Assembly (NCBI GenBank): GCA_030586555.1 | Contig: JAURAC010000038.1 | Coordinates: forward strand, 1 to 28,629 | Source of the DNA: Candidatus Subterrananammoxibius californiae | Lineage (GTDB): Bacteria; Planctomycetota; Brocadiia; Brocadiales; Subterrananammoxibiaceae | DNA length: 28,629 nt | Reading direction: 5' to 3' | Part shown: piece after piece, positions 1 to 8,968 of the stretch | How the letters are laid out: each line of letters begins with the position of its first letter | Position numbering within the stretch: the first letter of the stretch is position 1 | Notes under the pieces: model-generated | The model's input: only the letters and a program-made list of their open reading frames with translations | What the model was told of the DNA's origin: nothing | The model's database searches: none | Translations under genes and position numbers: made by a program

Positions 1-2
1 CC

Positions 3-1172
3 AATAACGACCCCGAAATTGGAAATCAAATTGCAGATGCCATGGAAAGGGTAGGCAAAGATGGCGTTATTACAGTCGAGGAAGGCAAAAGTCTCCTGAC
101 CACGGTAGAATGGGTCGAAGGGATGCAGTTCGATAAGGGATATTTGTCACCTTATTTTATAACCTCTCCGGAAACAATGGAGGTAATATTCGAGAAGCCT
201 TACATCCTGATTTACGAGAAAAAACTTTCAGCCGTTAAGGATTTGATACCATTACTTGAGAAGATAGCGAGGGCTGGTAGACCGCTTATCATCATTGCAG
301 AGGATATAGAAGGGGAAGCGCTTGCCACGTTAGTTGTGAACAAGCTTCGAGGTACATTGCAATGTGCTGCCGTCAAGGCTCCTGGTTTTGGCGATAGGCG
401 AAAGGCTATGCTCGGTGATATTGCTACTCTGACAGGGGCAAATGCAATATTCGAGGACCTCGGAATAGAACTGGGTAATATCCAGATTACCGATTTGGGA
501 TGCGCTAAGAAAGTTATTATAGATAAAGACAATACAACCGTAATTGAGGGCAGTGGCGACACAAAAGCAATCCAGGGTAGAATCGCCCAGATAAGAAAGG
601 AGATGGAGACCACAACGTCTGACTACGATAAGGAAAAACTTCAGGAAAGGCTTGCAAAGCTCGCTGGTGGCGTTGCGGAGATAAAGGTCGGAGCCGCCAC
701 CGAAGCCGAGATGAAGGAGAAGAAGGCGCGTATGGAGGACGCCATCCATGCCACAAAGGCAGCCGTAGAAGAGGGTATCTTGCCAGGCGGCGGCGTGGCG
801 TTAATAAGGGCAGCAAAGGCGCTTGATGGCATAAAAACCCAGGGGGATGAAAATATCGGGGTTAATATCGTTAAAATGGCTCTTGAAGCGCCCATCAAAC
901 AAATTGCAGAAAATGCAGGGCTTGATGGCGAGGTTGTGCTTCACAAGGTAAAAGAATCTGACGGCTACTTCGGTTATGATGCAGCCGCTGGAGAATATAC
1001 CGATATGGTAAAGGCAGGCATTATTGACCCTGTAAAGGTCGTAAAGGCAGCGCTTCAAAACGGCGCAAGCATTGCAGCGCTCCTCTTAACAACCGAAGCC
1101 GTGATAGGCGAAGTACCTGAAGAAAAGGAAGAAAAGAAAGGAAAGAAATCCGCAAAGACACACGCGCATTGA
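3..1172 (+). CDS. groL: Chaperonin GroEL, 5'-truncated by the window edge
   Basis: Frame is open from nt 3 (NNDPEIG...). Motifs [39 protein letters not shown] and GIIDPVKV are present. The tail is Lys/His-rich rather than GGM repeats. Confidence 0.98.
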   Translation, partial: NNDPEIGNQIADAMERVGKDGVITVEEGKSLLTTVEWVEGMQFDKGYLSPYFITSPETMEVIFEKPYILIYEKKLSAVKDLIPLLEKIARAGRPLIIIAEDIEGEALATLVVNKLRGTLQCAAVKAPGFGDRRKAMLGDIATLTGANAIFEDLGIELGNIQITDLGCAKKVIIDKDNTTVIEGSGDTKAIQGRIAQIRKEMETTTSDYDKEKLQERLAKLAGGVAEIKVGAATEAEMKEKKARMEDAIHATKAAVEEGILPGGGVALIRAAKALDGIKTQGDENIGVNIVKMALEAPIKQIAENAGLDGEVVLHKVKESDGYFGYDAAAGEYTDMVKAGIIDPVKVVKAALQNGASIAALLLTTEAVIGEVPEEKEEKKGKKSAKTHAH

Positions 1173-1175
1173 TGT
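1080..1175 (+). repeat. Direct repeat copy 1: groEL 3' end ([30 protein letters not shown])
   Basis: Aligns with 1682-1783 at offset 602. The 39-bp core 1119-1157 is identical to 1721-1759. Confidence 0.95.
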
Positions 1176-1177
1176 GA

Positions 1178-1681
<504 letters not shown>

Positions 1682-1691
<10 letters not shown>

Positions 1692-1783
1692 CAACCAGCG
1701 CCGCAATAGGCGAAGCGCCAGAAGAAAAGGAAGAAAAGAAAGGAAAGAAATCCGCAAAGGCACACGCCCACGCACATTGATGT
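1682..1783 (+). repeat. Direct repeat copy 2: displaced groEL 3' end ([32 protein letters not shown])
   Basis: Diverged but frame-preserving copy of 1080-1175 with a 6-nt insertion and the same TGATGT ending. Confidence 0.95.
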
Positions 1784-1803
1784 ATTCAACCTATACTTAC
1801 CTT

Positions 1804-1831
1804 GTAGGGGCAAGTTGTAACGCGCCCCTAC
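1804..1831. repeat. GTAG-type REP palindrome
   Basis: GTAGGGGC...GCCCCTAC, same family as 6810-6838 and 21759-21816. Confidence 0.8.
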
Positions 1832-1845
1832 TTGCTTTTCACTGT

Positions 1846-1887
1846 TTCTCTGGTTGATTCAATCTGCATGGTTGAATCAGTGGAGAA
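1846..1887. other. Imperfect inverted repeat with core TTGATTCA-N11-TGAATCAG (1854-1880)
   Basis: Seen directly; 20/27 identical to the reverse complement of 14612-14638. Confidence 0.6.
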
Positions 1888-1945
1888 TATACAACATCAC
1901 TAATCAGAGGTCATTACGTCAGATCATTCGAAAGCCTTAGTTCCT

Positions 1946-3178
1946 TTGGAATCCTGGTGTTATCATTCCCCAGAAATAAGATATAATGGAGGTTTCCTTG
2001 ATATTGGGCTTATGGCTGAAGCCCTGGTATACTATGACCAGCTTCTAGTAAATGTATCAAATCAACCCCAATTTGCAGAGTTTCTGTCTTGGTTCATAAA
2101 GCAAGAAAAATATGCGGTTTTGCTATCTCTTTTAAACGATCAAACATTGCAAGTTTACGATTATTCGTTTGTATCTACAGCTGTAAAAAAGGGTGATAGT
2201 AATGAATTCATTCTTTTGAACATCGAAGATCCCATTCAAGCGAAACCTAATACTTTTGACCAGCGCTTTTTATGTCATGAGAGTATAAATAATTGCTTAA
2301 AGGACGTTAATAATAGGAGTGAATTAGACAGACTATTGCGAGATAAAGTCATAGAGGTAAAAGCATCTTCTTTTGGCAGAACTATTGATAATGCTGAGGT
2401 AGATTTCCAAAATCCACAGAGATGTTCAGCTTACATACAAGCGTTACTTGATGAAATCTATCCAATCCTGGGTTGGCAAAAACCTCCTAATGTCATGGCT
2501 AAGATAAATCAGTGTTCTGGTAAGCATCACATTACTTTTAATGTTGATTTTAATCAGATATCTGAAGCATTGGGAAAAAATTTAAATTTTCTTTTAGGAA
2601 CTCCTTTGACTGCCTCTATCATATGTAACCGTTTCTTGTGGTCTGCAGCAAATCTTAATTGCGATCTTTATCTCGGAAGACCTATGGGCGCTTTAGTCGG
2701 TGATAAACTTTATGAGGTTGGGTACAGAGTTATGAAAACAAAAGATATTATCGAAAAATTAATTGTTGAAGTGGAGTTTCCCGATGTACGGTCCCTGGTT
2801 AACACTGGTAAACTTAATTTAGATGATATTTTGTTGTTCAGAAAGAAGGCAATAAGGTTTCGTAAATGGTTGCAACAAGAGGGTGAGCGTGATCGTAATG
2901 CAATAATTGCTTATCACAACGAAATAGCTAAAGAAGTAGGCTTATCCTCATATGGCAGAAAGAGCTTGCGATTGTTCGGGTTATTAGGAGGTCCGGCTGT
3001 TGGCTCACTCATTAGGGGGGCGATAGCTGATATTCCAGGAGCTGTTGTAGGTTCTATGGCCGGGAAAGGATGTGAATATCTCATTGACCTTGCATCAAAA
3101 TTAGGGACGGGCTGGAAGCCAGTCATTTTTGGAGATTGGATGAGAGACAGAATAGAAAAAATACTTAAAAAAGATTGA
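1946..3178 (+). CDS. Hypothetical protein, 410 aa, AT-rich, with a C-terminal Gly-rich hydrophobic hairpin
   Basis: Long ORF with TTG start. C-terminus LFGLLGGPAVG...GAVVGSMAG followed by WKPVIF. No family recognised with certainty. Confidence 0.8.
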   Translation: MESWCYHSPEIRYNGGFLDIGLMAEALVYYDQLLVNVSNQPQFAEFLSWFIKQEKYAVLLSLLNDQTLQVYDYSFVSTAVKKGDSNEFILLNIEDPIQAKPNTFDQRFLCHESINNCLKDVNNRSELDRLLRDKVIEVKASSFGRTIDNAEVDFQNPQRCSAYIQALLDEIYPILGWQKPPNVMAKINQCSGKHHITFNVDFNQISEALGKNLNFLLGTPLTASIICNRFLWSAANLNCDLYLGRPMGALVGDKLYEVGYRVMKTKDIIEKLIVEVEFPDVRSLVNTGKLNLDDILLFRKKAIRFRKWLQQEGERDRNAIIAYHNEIAKEVGLSSYGRKSLRLFGLLGGPAVGSLIRGAIADIPGAVVGSMAGKGCEYLIDLASKLGTGWKPVIFGDWMRDRIEKILKKD

Positions 3179-3345
3179 TGAAGCCAAACACAGACTTGCA
3201 GCTCACTTTGCTTGCTCAAAGGCTTTGCCATTCGCGAGGGCAAAAAACGTTAGATGAAATTGTGACAATTAATAGGCCGTCATTAGAAATGAGGAATCTC
3301 TACTAGCCATAAGAGGCCCTATTTTATAGTATAAATCAGCATAAT

Positions 3346-3735
3346 TTATTTTACTTTGTTTTTAATCTTTTTTACGAGTTCTTTGGCATCTTTTAATGTT
3401 TCTTGTAATTCCTGCTTGTTTAAGTTTGATGGAATAAGAAAAGGGTATCGTTCCTCAATATAATATTCAGTCGCTACCTGGCAAAGTGGACGGAATTTCT
3501 CAAAGCTTGTGTCGTAGGAAATCGCCTCATTCAGAAGTTCCTCTAAGTCGTGAATACGTCGTAACTGCCATCCTTTTGATAAAAGATAACCTTTTAGATA
3601 CTTCTCGATAGCCTGCTGTATATGGAAGGCAGCTATTTCTAAATTATCGCTCGATAGTAAAGTTTCAACAGCCTTTAAGTCTTGTTGTCCTTTCTTAAAC
3701 CAATCTAAAGGATAAAGTGACTCTTTATCTGGCAT
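3346..3735 (-). CDS. HEPN domain protein (toxin-like partner of an MNT/HEPN pair)
   Basis: AAFHIQQAIEKYLKGYL, RIHDL and ERYP motifs. Overlaps the upstream nucleotidyltransferase gene. Confidence 0.9.
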   Translation of the reverse strand: MPDKESLYPLDWFKKGQQDLKAVETLLSSDNLEIAAFHIQQAIEKYLKGYLLSKGWQLRRIHDLEELLNEAISYDTSFEKFRPLCQVATEYYIEERYPFLIPSNLNKQELQETLKDAKELVKKIKNKVK

Positions 3736-4057
3736 ATATTACCTCGCCACGAGTGGTGATTTCCTTGAAGAATTGGTCACCTATCTCTAACCTTCGATTG
3801 AGTTCTTTTGGTGTTACTACAATTGCTGAGAAGGGAAAACCTCTTCGCACATCAGATACAATGCGGCGAACCGTTACCCTGCGATCAATGGGGCGGTCCT
3901 GCGTCTCCTTAACGACCAATAAATCTATGTCGCTATCACGGTGGGGTTTTCCATAGGCATAAGAACCGAAAAGGATTATCTTACTCGGTTTGTACCCTTC
4001 TTTAATCCTTTCGGCAATATCATTAATAACCTTTCTTATTCTTTTATCTTCAACCAT
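3725..4057 (-). CDS. Minimal nucleotidyltransferase (MNT/MntA-like)
   Basis: ILFGSYAYGKPHRDSDIDL is the GS-x10-DxD motif. Likely start is ATG 4057 (MVEDKRIRK); the ORF-track extension to 4270 overlaps purB and is unlikely. Confidence 0.92.
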   Translation of the reverse strand: MVEDKRIRKVINDIAERIKEGYKPSKIILFGSYAYGKPHRDSDIDLLVVKETQDRPIDRRVTVRRIVSDVRRGFPFSAIVVTPKELNRRLEIGDQFFKEITTRGEVIYAR

Positions 4058-4214
4058 CCTATATCCTGCCTCACTTTTTGTGTTTGAATAGAGAAAAGAA
4101 CTGAGTGCCTCAAAATTATAACAAGTTGGGGAACTTTTTCCAACATTTTTTGTAAGCGCAAATAAGAAATAATATTTACAGGCGTGAAAAATCTGATACA
4201 ATATTTCCTTCAAG

Positions 4215-4242
4215 CAATAGGGAATAGCCAATAGGGAAAAGG
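4215..4242 (+). repeat. Degenerate 7-bp tandem repeat (CAATAGG GAATAGC CAATAGG GAAAAGG)
   Basis: Seen directly, just upstream of purB. Confidence 0.5.
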
Positions 4243-4251
4243 ATAAAAAGA

Positions 4252-5706
4252 TTGAAAGATAACCAAGCAAAATACGATAAATACCAGAACCCGCTAATAG
4301 AGAGATATGCCAGCGCGGAGATGTGCAGTAACTTCTCCGATAAGCGCAAATATTCTACGTGGAGGAGGCTCTGGGTAGCACTCGCTGAGACGGAGAAGGG
4401 ACTTGGTCTTGACATTATCTCTGATGAGCAGATTCAAGAGATGCGCAAATTCGAGGATGATGTTAACTTTGACGTAGCCAATGAATATGAACGCAAAATG
4501 AAGCACGAGGTAATGGCGCACATACACGCCTACGCCAGCCAGTGTCCTAAGGCAAGACCTATTATCCATCTTGGGGCAACAAGTGCATACGTTATGGACA
4601 ATGCCGATTTAATTATGATGCGGGATGGGATGAAGATTCTACAAAAGGCATTGGTTAATGTAATTTATGCCCTTTCGAGTTTTGCCAAACGATACGCTAA
4701 TCTTCCAACCCTCGGCTTTACGCATTTTCAGCCTGCGCAACTGACTACAGTTGGCAAACGGGCATGCCTGTGGGTTCAGGATTTCATCTTAGACCTCGAT
4801 GACCTCGAACAAAGGATTGACGGACTCAAGTTCAGGGGGGTTAAAGGCACTACCGGTACACAGCAAAGTTTTATGGCGCTTTTTAACCAAGATGAGGAGA
4901 AGGTAAAAAAGCTCGATGAACTTGTTACGCAAAAGATGGGGTTTAACGAGGCGTTCCCTGTTACGGGACAGACGTACACTCGTAAGGTAGATACCCAGGC
5001 GCTTTTTGTCCTGGCAGGTATTGCTCAATCGGCGCATAAGTTTGCCAATGATATTAGACTATTACAAAGCCTGCGGGAGATTGAAGAGCCTTTTGAGGAA
5101 GAGCAGGTGGGCTCGTCTGCAATGCCGTATAAGCGTAATCCTATGAGATGCGAAAGGGTTACTGCCCTCGCAAGATACGTCATCTGCAATGCACTAAACC
5201 CTGCCTTTACGGCGGCAAGCCAGTGGCTCGAAAGGACGCTTGATGACTCTGCCAATAGGAGAATATCCATTCCAGAGGCATTTCTTGCAACAGATGCAAT
5301 CCTGAACATTGTGCTAAATGTATCTTCAGGACTTGTGGTCTATCCAAAGGTAATTGAAAACCGTATAAGGCAGGAACTCCCTTTTATGGTAACGGAGGAA
5401 ATCCTCATGGCAGCCGTCAGTGCGGGTGGAGACCGCCAGGTGCTCCATAAAAGGATTCAGGAGCATGCCATGGAATCAATAAGACTTGTTAAGGAAGAAG
5501 GCAAGGAGAATGACCTGCTTGAGAGGATTGCAAAGGACACCTCCTTTTCAATTTTGAAGGGAAAATTAAGGGAAAGATTTGCAAATCCTGAAATACTTGT
5601 AGGCAGGGCGCCAGGGCAGGTGCATGAATTCCTTAAAGACATTGTCAAACCAATCCTCGCAAAGCATAAAGATTTGCTTGGGCAAGTTGGCGATATAAGA
5701 GTTTAA
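4252..5706 (+). CDS. purB: Adenylosuccinate lyase
   Basis: [34 protein letters not shown] and the [10 protein letters not shown] signature; TTG start. Confidence 0.97.
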   Translation: MKDNQAKYDKYQNPLIERYASAEMCSNFSDKRKYSTWRRLWVALAETEKGLGLDIISDEQIQEMRKFEDDVNFDVANEYERKMKHEVMAHIHAYASQCPKARPIIHLGATSAYVMDNADLIMMRDGMKILQKALVNVIYALSSFAKRYANLPTLGFTHFQPAQLTTVGKRACLWVQDFILDLDDLEQRIDGLKFRGVKGTTGTQQSFMALFNQDEEKVKKLDELVTQKMGFNEAFPVTGQTYTRKVDTQALFVLAGIAQSAHKFANDIRLLQSLREIEEPFEEEQVGSSAMPYKRNPMRCERVTALARYVICNALNPAFTAASQWLERTLDDSANRRISIPEAFLATDAILNIVLNVSSGLVVYPKVIENRIRQELPFMVTEEILMAAVSAGGDRQVLHKRIQEHAMESIRLVKEEGKENDLLERIAKDTSFSILKGKLRERFANPEILVGRAPGQVHEFLKDIVKPILAKHKDLLGQVGDIRV

Positions 5707-5735
5707 GAGTTCAAAAGTTTAAGGGTTCAAGAGTC
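5697..5735 (+). repeat. 8-bp tandem array (AAGAGTTY-like, x5) overlapping the purB stop
   Basis: AAGAGTTT AAGAGTTC AAAAGTTT AAGGGTTC AAGAGTC. Confidence 0.75.
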
Positions 5736-5737
5736 GA

Positions 5738-6409
5738 ATGTTTAATTTGCTTTTAATAACGGATAGAAAGATTTCTAAACGCCCTTTATCACATGCTGTA
5801 AAGGCTGCGCTTGAAGGTGGTGTTGATGCTGTACAGGTAAGGGAAAAAGACTTAAACAGCAGGGAACTCTTTGAAATCGCTGACGAGCTCAGGAAGCTAA
5901 CGGCAACCTATAATGCAAAGCTTATAATTAATGACAGGGTTGACGTTGCGCTTGCTGTGGATGCTGATGGGGTTCATCTGGGTTGGCGGTCAATGTCCAT
6001 AAAAAAGGTCAGGAGCCTGGTTGGACCCGAAAAACTAATTGGATACTCTGCGCATAGTTTACACGAGGCGCGAAATGCCCAGGAGGATGGGGCTGATTAC
6101 ATCACCTTTAGCCCGATATATAAGTCTCGTTCTAAGGAAGTTACACCTGTTGGCGCTGATAAGATACGCACTCTTGAAAAACACATTAAAATTCCTGTAA
6201 TTGCGCTGGGGGGTATTGATGAAGATAATGTTGACGAGGTATTAAGAAACGGTGCGGATGGAGTGGCTGTTATTTCAAGCATACTTGTTGCAGAAAATCC
6301 ACTTGAAGCAGCAAGGAAATTACGCCGTAAAATAGAACAATTTAAAAACAAATCTACCAATATGCAGGGGATTGCTTCGGTCGTTTCACTCCCTTACAAT
6401 GACAGATGA
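5738..6409 (+). CDS. thiE: Thiamine-phosphate synthase (ThiE/TenI family)
   Basis: QVREK, INDRVDVA, DGVHLG, SAHS, ALGGI and GVAVIS motifs. Confidence 0.9.
   Translation: MFNLLLITDRKISKRPLSHAVKAALEGGVDAVQVREKDLNSRELFEIADELRKLTATYNAKLIINDRVDVALAVDADGVHLGWRSMSIKKVRSLVGPEKLIGYSAHSLHEARNAQEDGADYITFSPIYKSRSKEVTPVGADKIRTLEKHIKIPVIALGGIDEDNVDEVLRNGADGVAVISSILVAENPLEAARKLRRKIEQFKNKSTNMQGIASVVSLPYNDR
6367..6404. repeat. GATTGCTTCG...CAATGAC-type REP-like element forming the thiE C-terminus
   Basis: GGGGATTGCTTCGGTCG...TACAATGACA resembles the widespread GATTGCTTCG..CTCGCAATGAC repeat. Confidence 0.55.
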
Positions 6410-6429
6410 AGGGTACAGAAGGAGGGTAA

Positions 6430-6813
6430 ATGCAATTGCTTTCAGAAATAAAATTTAATGATAAAGGGCTCATTCCTGCCGTAATAGCAGATGTGGTTGA
6501 TAACTGTGTTCTAACGCTTTGTTACATGAATGAGGAGGCGTTAAGAAAGACCATTGAAACAGGGAAGGTTTACGTCTTCAGACGCTCACAAAATAAGCTT
6601 ATGCTCAAGGGTGAGACCTCAGGGCATATTCAAATAGTCAAAGAGATATTCTTTGATTGCGAAGGGAATTCATTGGTCTTTAAGGTTGAGCAAAAGGTGG
6701 CAGCCTGCCATGCTGGTTACAGGACATGCTATTTTCGAAGATATAACCCACGGACCGATAGCGTTCAGATTGTAGAGGAGAAGGTCTTTGAGCCGGAAAA
6801 GGTTTACAAGTAG
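6430..6813 (+). CDS. hisI: Phosphoribosyl-AMP cyclohydrolase
   Basis: GLIPAVI, YMNEEAL, KGETSGH and ACHAGYRTCY motifs; AGGAGG RBS. Confidence 0.93.
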   Translation: MQLLSEIKFNDKGLIPAVIADVVDNCVLTLCYMNEEALRKTIETGKVYVFRRSQNKLMLKGETSGHIQIVKEIFFDCEGNSLVFKVEQKVAACHAGYRTCYFRRYNPRTDSVQIVEEKVFEPEKVYK

Positions 6814-6838
6814 GGGCGACCCGCCGGGTCGCCCCTAC
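6810..6838. repeat. GTAG-type REP with a perfect 13-bp stem
   Basis: GTAGGGGCGACCC-GCC-GGGTCGCCCCTAC between convergent genes; its TAG is the hisI stop. Confidence 0.88.
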
Positions 6839-6846
6839 AATGATTT

Positions 6847-7698
6847 CTATTCTATCGAAAAATTCCATGCTTCACTTGTGCCTTGCTGGTCCTTTGTTTT
6901 ACCCAGTACCCTCCAGTAGATAATGCCACTTTCCTCCTCCATTTTCCTTATCACCTTCCATAACCACTCCTTCATTTGTAGCGATGTTCCCTTAATTCCT
7001 CTAAATGGAGGAACCGTTAATGTGGTTTGTGGAGGAAATTCTGCGCTTGTGGAGAATTGGAGTTGGAATTCTTTAAATCCATAAGCAAGCCACTCAAAGA
7101 CTGGCGGCGGTGAAGACGGTAGAACAGCCTCGTTTTTTGGATAGGCTAAGAAAATTCCAGGTCCATCCAGCACGTGTACATAGGTTGTTACCGTATCTAT
7201 ATCTTCTGCAAGGGTGCTTTCATCAGCAGCCTTTACCGTGGTTGTCAAAATAGACTTTACAGCAAATTCTCCCGCCTCATTGAACGTAATTGGGATGCTC
7301 ACGCTGCCGGATTCAATGCCTGGACCCGTTGCGGTCTTTTTATGTTCTTTTGTGTCAACGGGCACTTCATCTAAGCAAACCTCGATTTTAGTGGAAAGCG
7401 TTCCAGTGGCATTTTCATACCATACGCCCTCGTACCCGAACCCTGATTTAAAGTACACTGTGATGCCTTTTATAATGAAAAGGTTCATTTCGTATTGACC
7501 CTCTTCCCCATGCCCATGGGCAAAATTTTCAGCAGCACCCTTTGTTTTACCCTCGTTATCAATCAAGACGCACGCACGGGGATGCGCCACCTCATGGATG
7601 ATATAGTTTTTATCAGGCTCAAGTCCCAATGTTGTGCCTGATACGGCTATCCCATATAAAAAAGGTACAACCAATAGCAACTTCCTTAATAACTTCAT
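6847..7698 (-). CDS. Secreted hypothetical protein, beta-rich/Ig-like
   Basis: N-terminal signal peptide (MKLLRKLLLVVPFLYGIAVS), AGGAGG RBS, C-terminal P..FEW...YWRV domain. Confidence 0.8.
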   Translation of the reverse strand: MKLLRKLLLVVPFLYGIAVSGTTLGLEPDKNYIIHEVAHPRACVLIDNEGKTKGAAENFAHGHGEEGQYEMNLFIIKGITVYFKSGFGYEGVWYENATGTLSTKIEVCLDEVPVDTKEHKKTATGPGIESGSVSIPITFNEAGEFAVKSILTTTVKAADESTLAEDIDTVTTYVHVLDGPGIFLAYPKNEAVLPSSPPPVFEWLAYGFKEFQLQFSTSAEFPPQTTLTVPPFRGIKGTSLQMKEWLWKVIRKMEEESGIIYWRVLGKTKDQQGTSEAWNFSIE

Positions 7699-8139
7699 AT
7701 TTGCTTACCTCCTTTTCAAAATAAGTTTCTTGCTTTCTCAGATATTAGCTTAATAACGCAAAAGGTGTTCCATATTATGGTATAAAAAAAGCCTTGTTTC
7801 TATGAATTATTTAAGTATTTGAAGGGCAACTGGATGTAAGCAAAAGATTGTCTCAAATGGTGGGATGGCTTCATATTGCCCTTATTTAACGATGTGTCTT
7901 ATATTACATTTTTGCAAAGAAAGAGACGCTATGCGTAAGTAATTTGGTAATTTTTGCGTGCTATTTTATATATAGAGAAAGATATAAGCAAGAAAAATTC
8001 AAATATAATAGAAAAAAACCTTGCAAAGATTTTTAACAAGTGTTATATTAAAACAGAATTTACTTCATTCAGTGTTTCTCGAAAGTGAAATTGCCTTACT
8101 ACAAAATTTACCTTTTCGAAGAAGGGGGGAAATCTGGCT

Positions 8140-8895
8140 ATGGGAAGATTTTTGAGGTATTGGAAGCTCTTTGTCGTTGTAGGAGTAGCAGTTTCGATTC
8201 AAGGATGCGCGGAGTTGAATGAGTTAAGAAATCTAAACCGTCGTCAGGCAATTACAATACGTGACCAGGCAGCCGAGATAGAACGTGTTAGGGGAGAGTT
8301 GGACAGTTGCAAGTCGAGGTTGGCGGATGCTGAGAAGATTAGCGAGCTATATGGCGATAAAGCAAAAGCGGCTGAAGAAGAGAAGGCAAGACTGCGAGCA
8401 GAGCTTGAGAAGTTAGCAAAGTCAATAGGAGAAGGCGCAAGAGTCAGGGAAACACCTGAAGGACCTGTTATCCAGCTTCCTGAAAAAATACTTTTCGACT
8501 CAGGGAGGGCAGAAATAAAACCCAGAGGCGAAGTTGCCCTGCAAAAGATTGCAGATTATTTAAAGTCCAAGTCTTCTGAGCAACTAAGGATTGATGGACA
8601 TACTGATACAGACCCGATTGTGAAGTCAGCATTTCTCTGGGATTCTAACCATCATCTCTCTGCCGGCAGGGCATTGAGTGTATTACATTACTTGACCAAG
8701 AAGCAAGGCATTGATGAAAGAAGAGTTTATATTAGTGGATTTGGTCCTAATCGCCCTGTAGCAGATAATCTTACCTCAGATGGAAAGCAGAAAAATAGAA
8801 GGGTGGAGTTCTTAATTGTGGCTGGTACAGGACCCGCACCTCTGCCAAGCGAAGGAGGTTCTTCTCCAGAGCCCCTCGAGGATGAGGAGAAGTAA
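8140..8895 (+). CDS. OmpA/MotB-family lipoprotein with a coiled coil
   Basis: Lipobox IQGC, coiled coil, and LFDSG, GHTD, LSAGRA, NRRVE motifs. Confidence 0.9.
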   Translation: MGRFLRYWKLFVVVGVAVSIQGCAELNELRNLNRRQAITIRDQAAEIERVRGELDSCKSRLADAEKISELYGDKAKAAEEEKARLRAELEKLAKSIGEGARVRETPEGPVIQLPEKILFDSGRAEIKPRGEVALQKIADYLKSKSSEQLRIDGHTDTDPIVKSAFLWDSNHHLSAGRALSVLHYLTKKQGIDERRVYISGFGPNRPVADNLTSDGKQKNRRVEFLIVAGTGPAPLPSEGGSSPEPLEDEEK

Positions 8896-8968
8896 CAGTT
8901 GTATGGGCTTATTTCAGCCTATAAATCATTTTAGAGTTTTTTAGTAATGCAAGGATTGATTGATTCGA

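Noticed and set aside
1854..1880. dif/pdif (XerCD) interpretation of the 27-bp palindromes
   Set aside because: No match to the XerD arm TTATGTTAAAT or the 11-6-11 layout.
4058..4270. N-terminal extension of the MNT ORF to 181 aa
   Set aside because: It runs through the intergenic promoter region into purB; the domain starts at ATG 4057.
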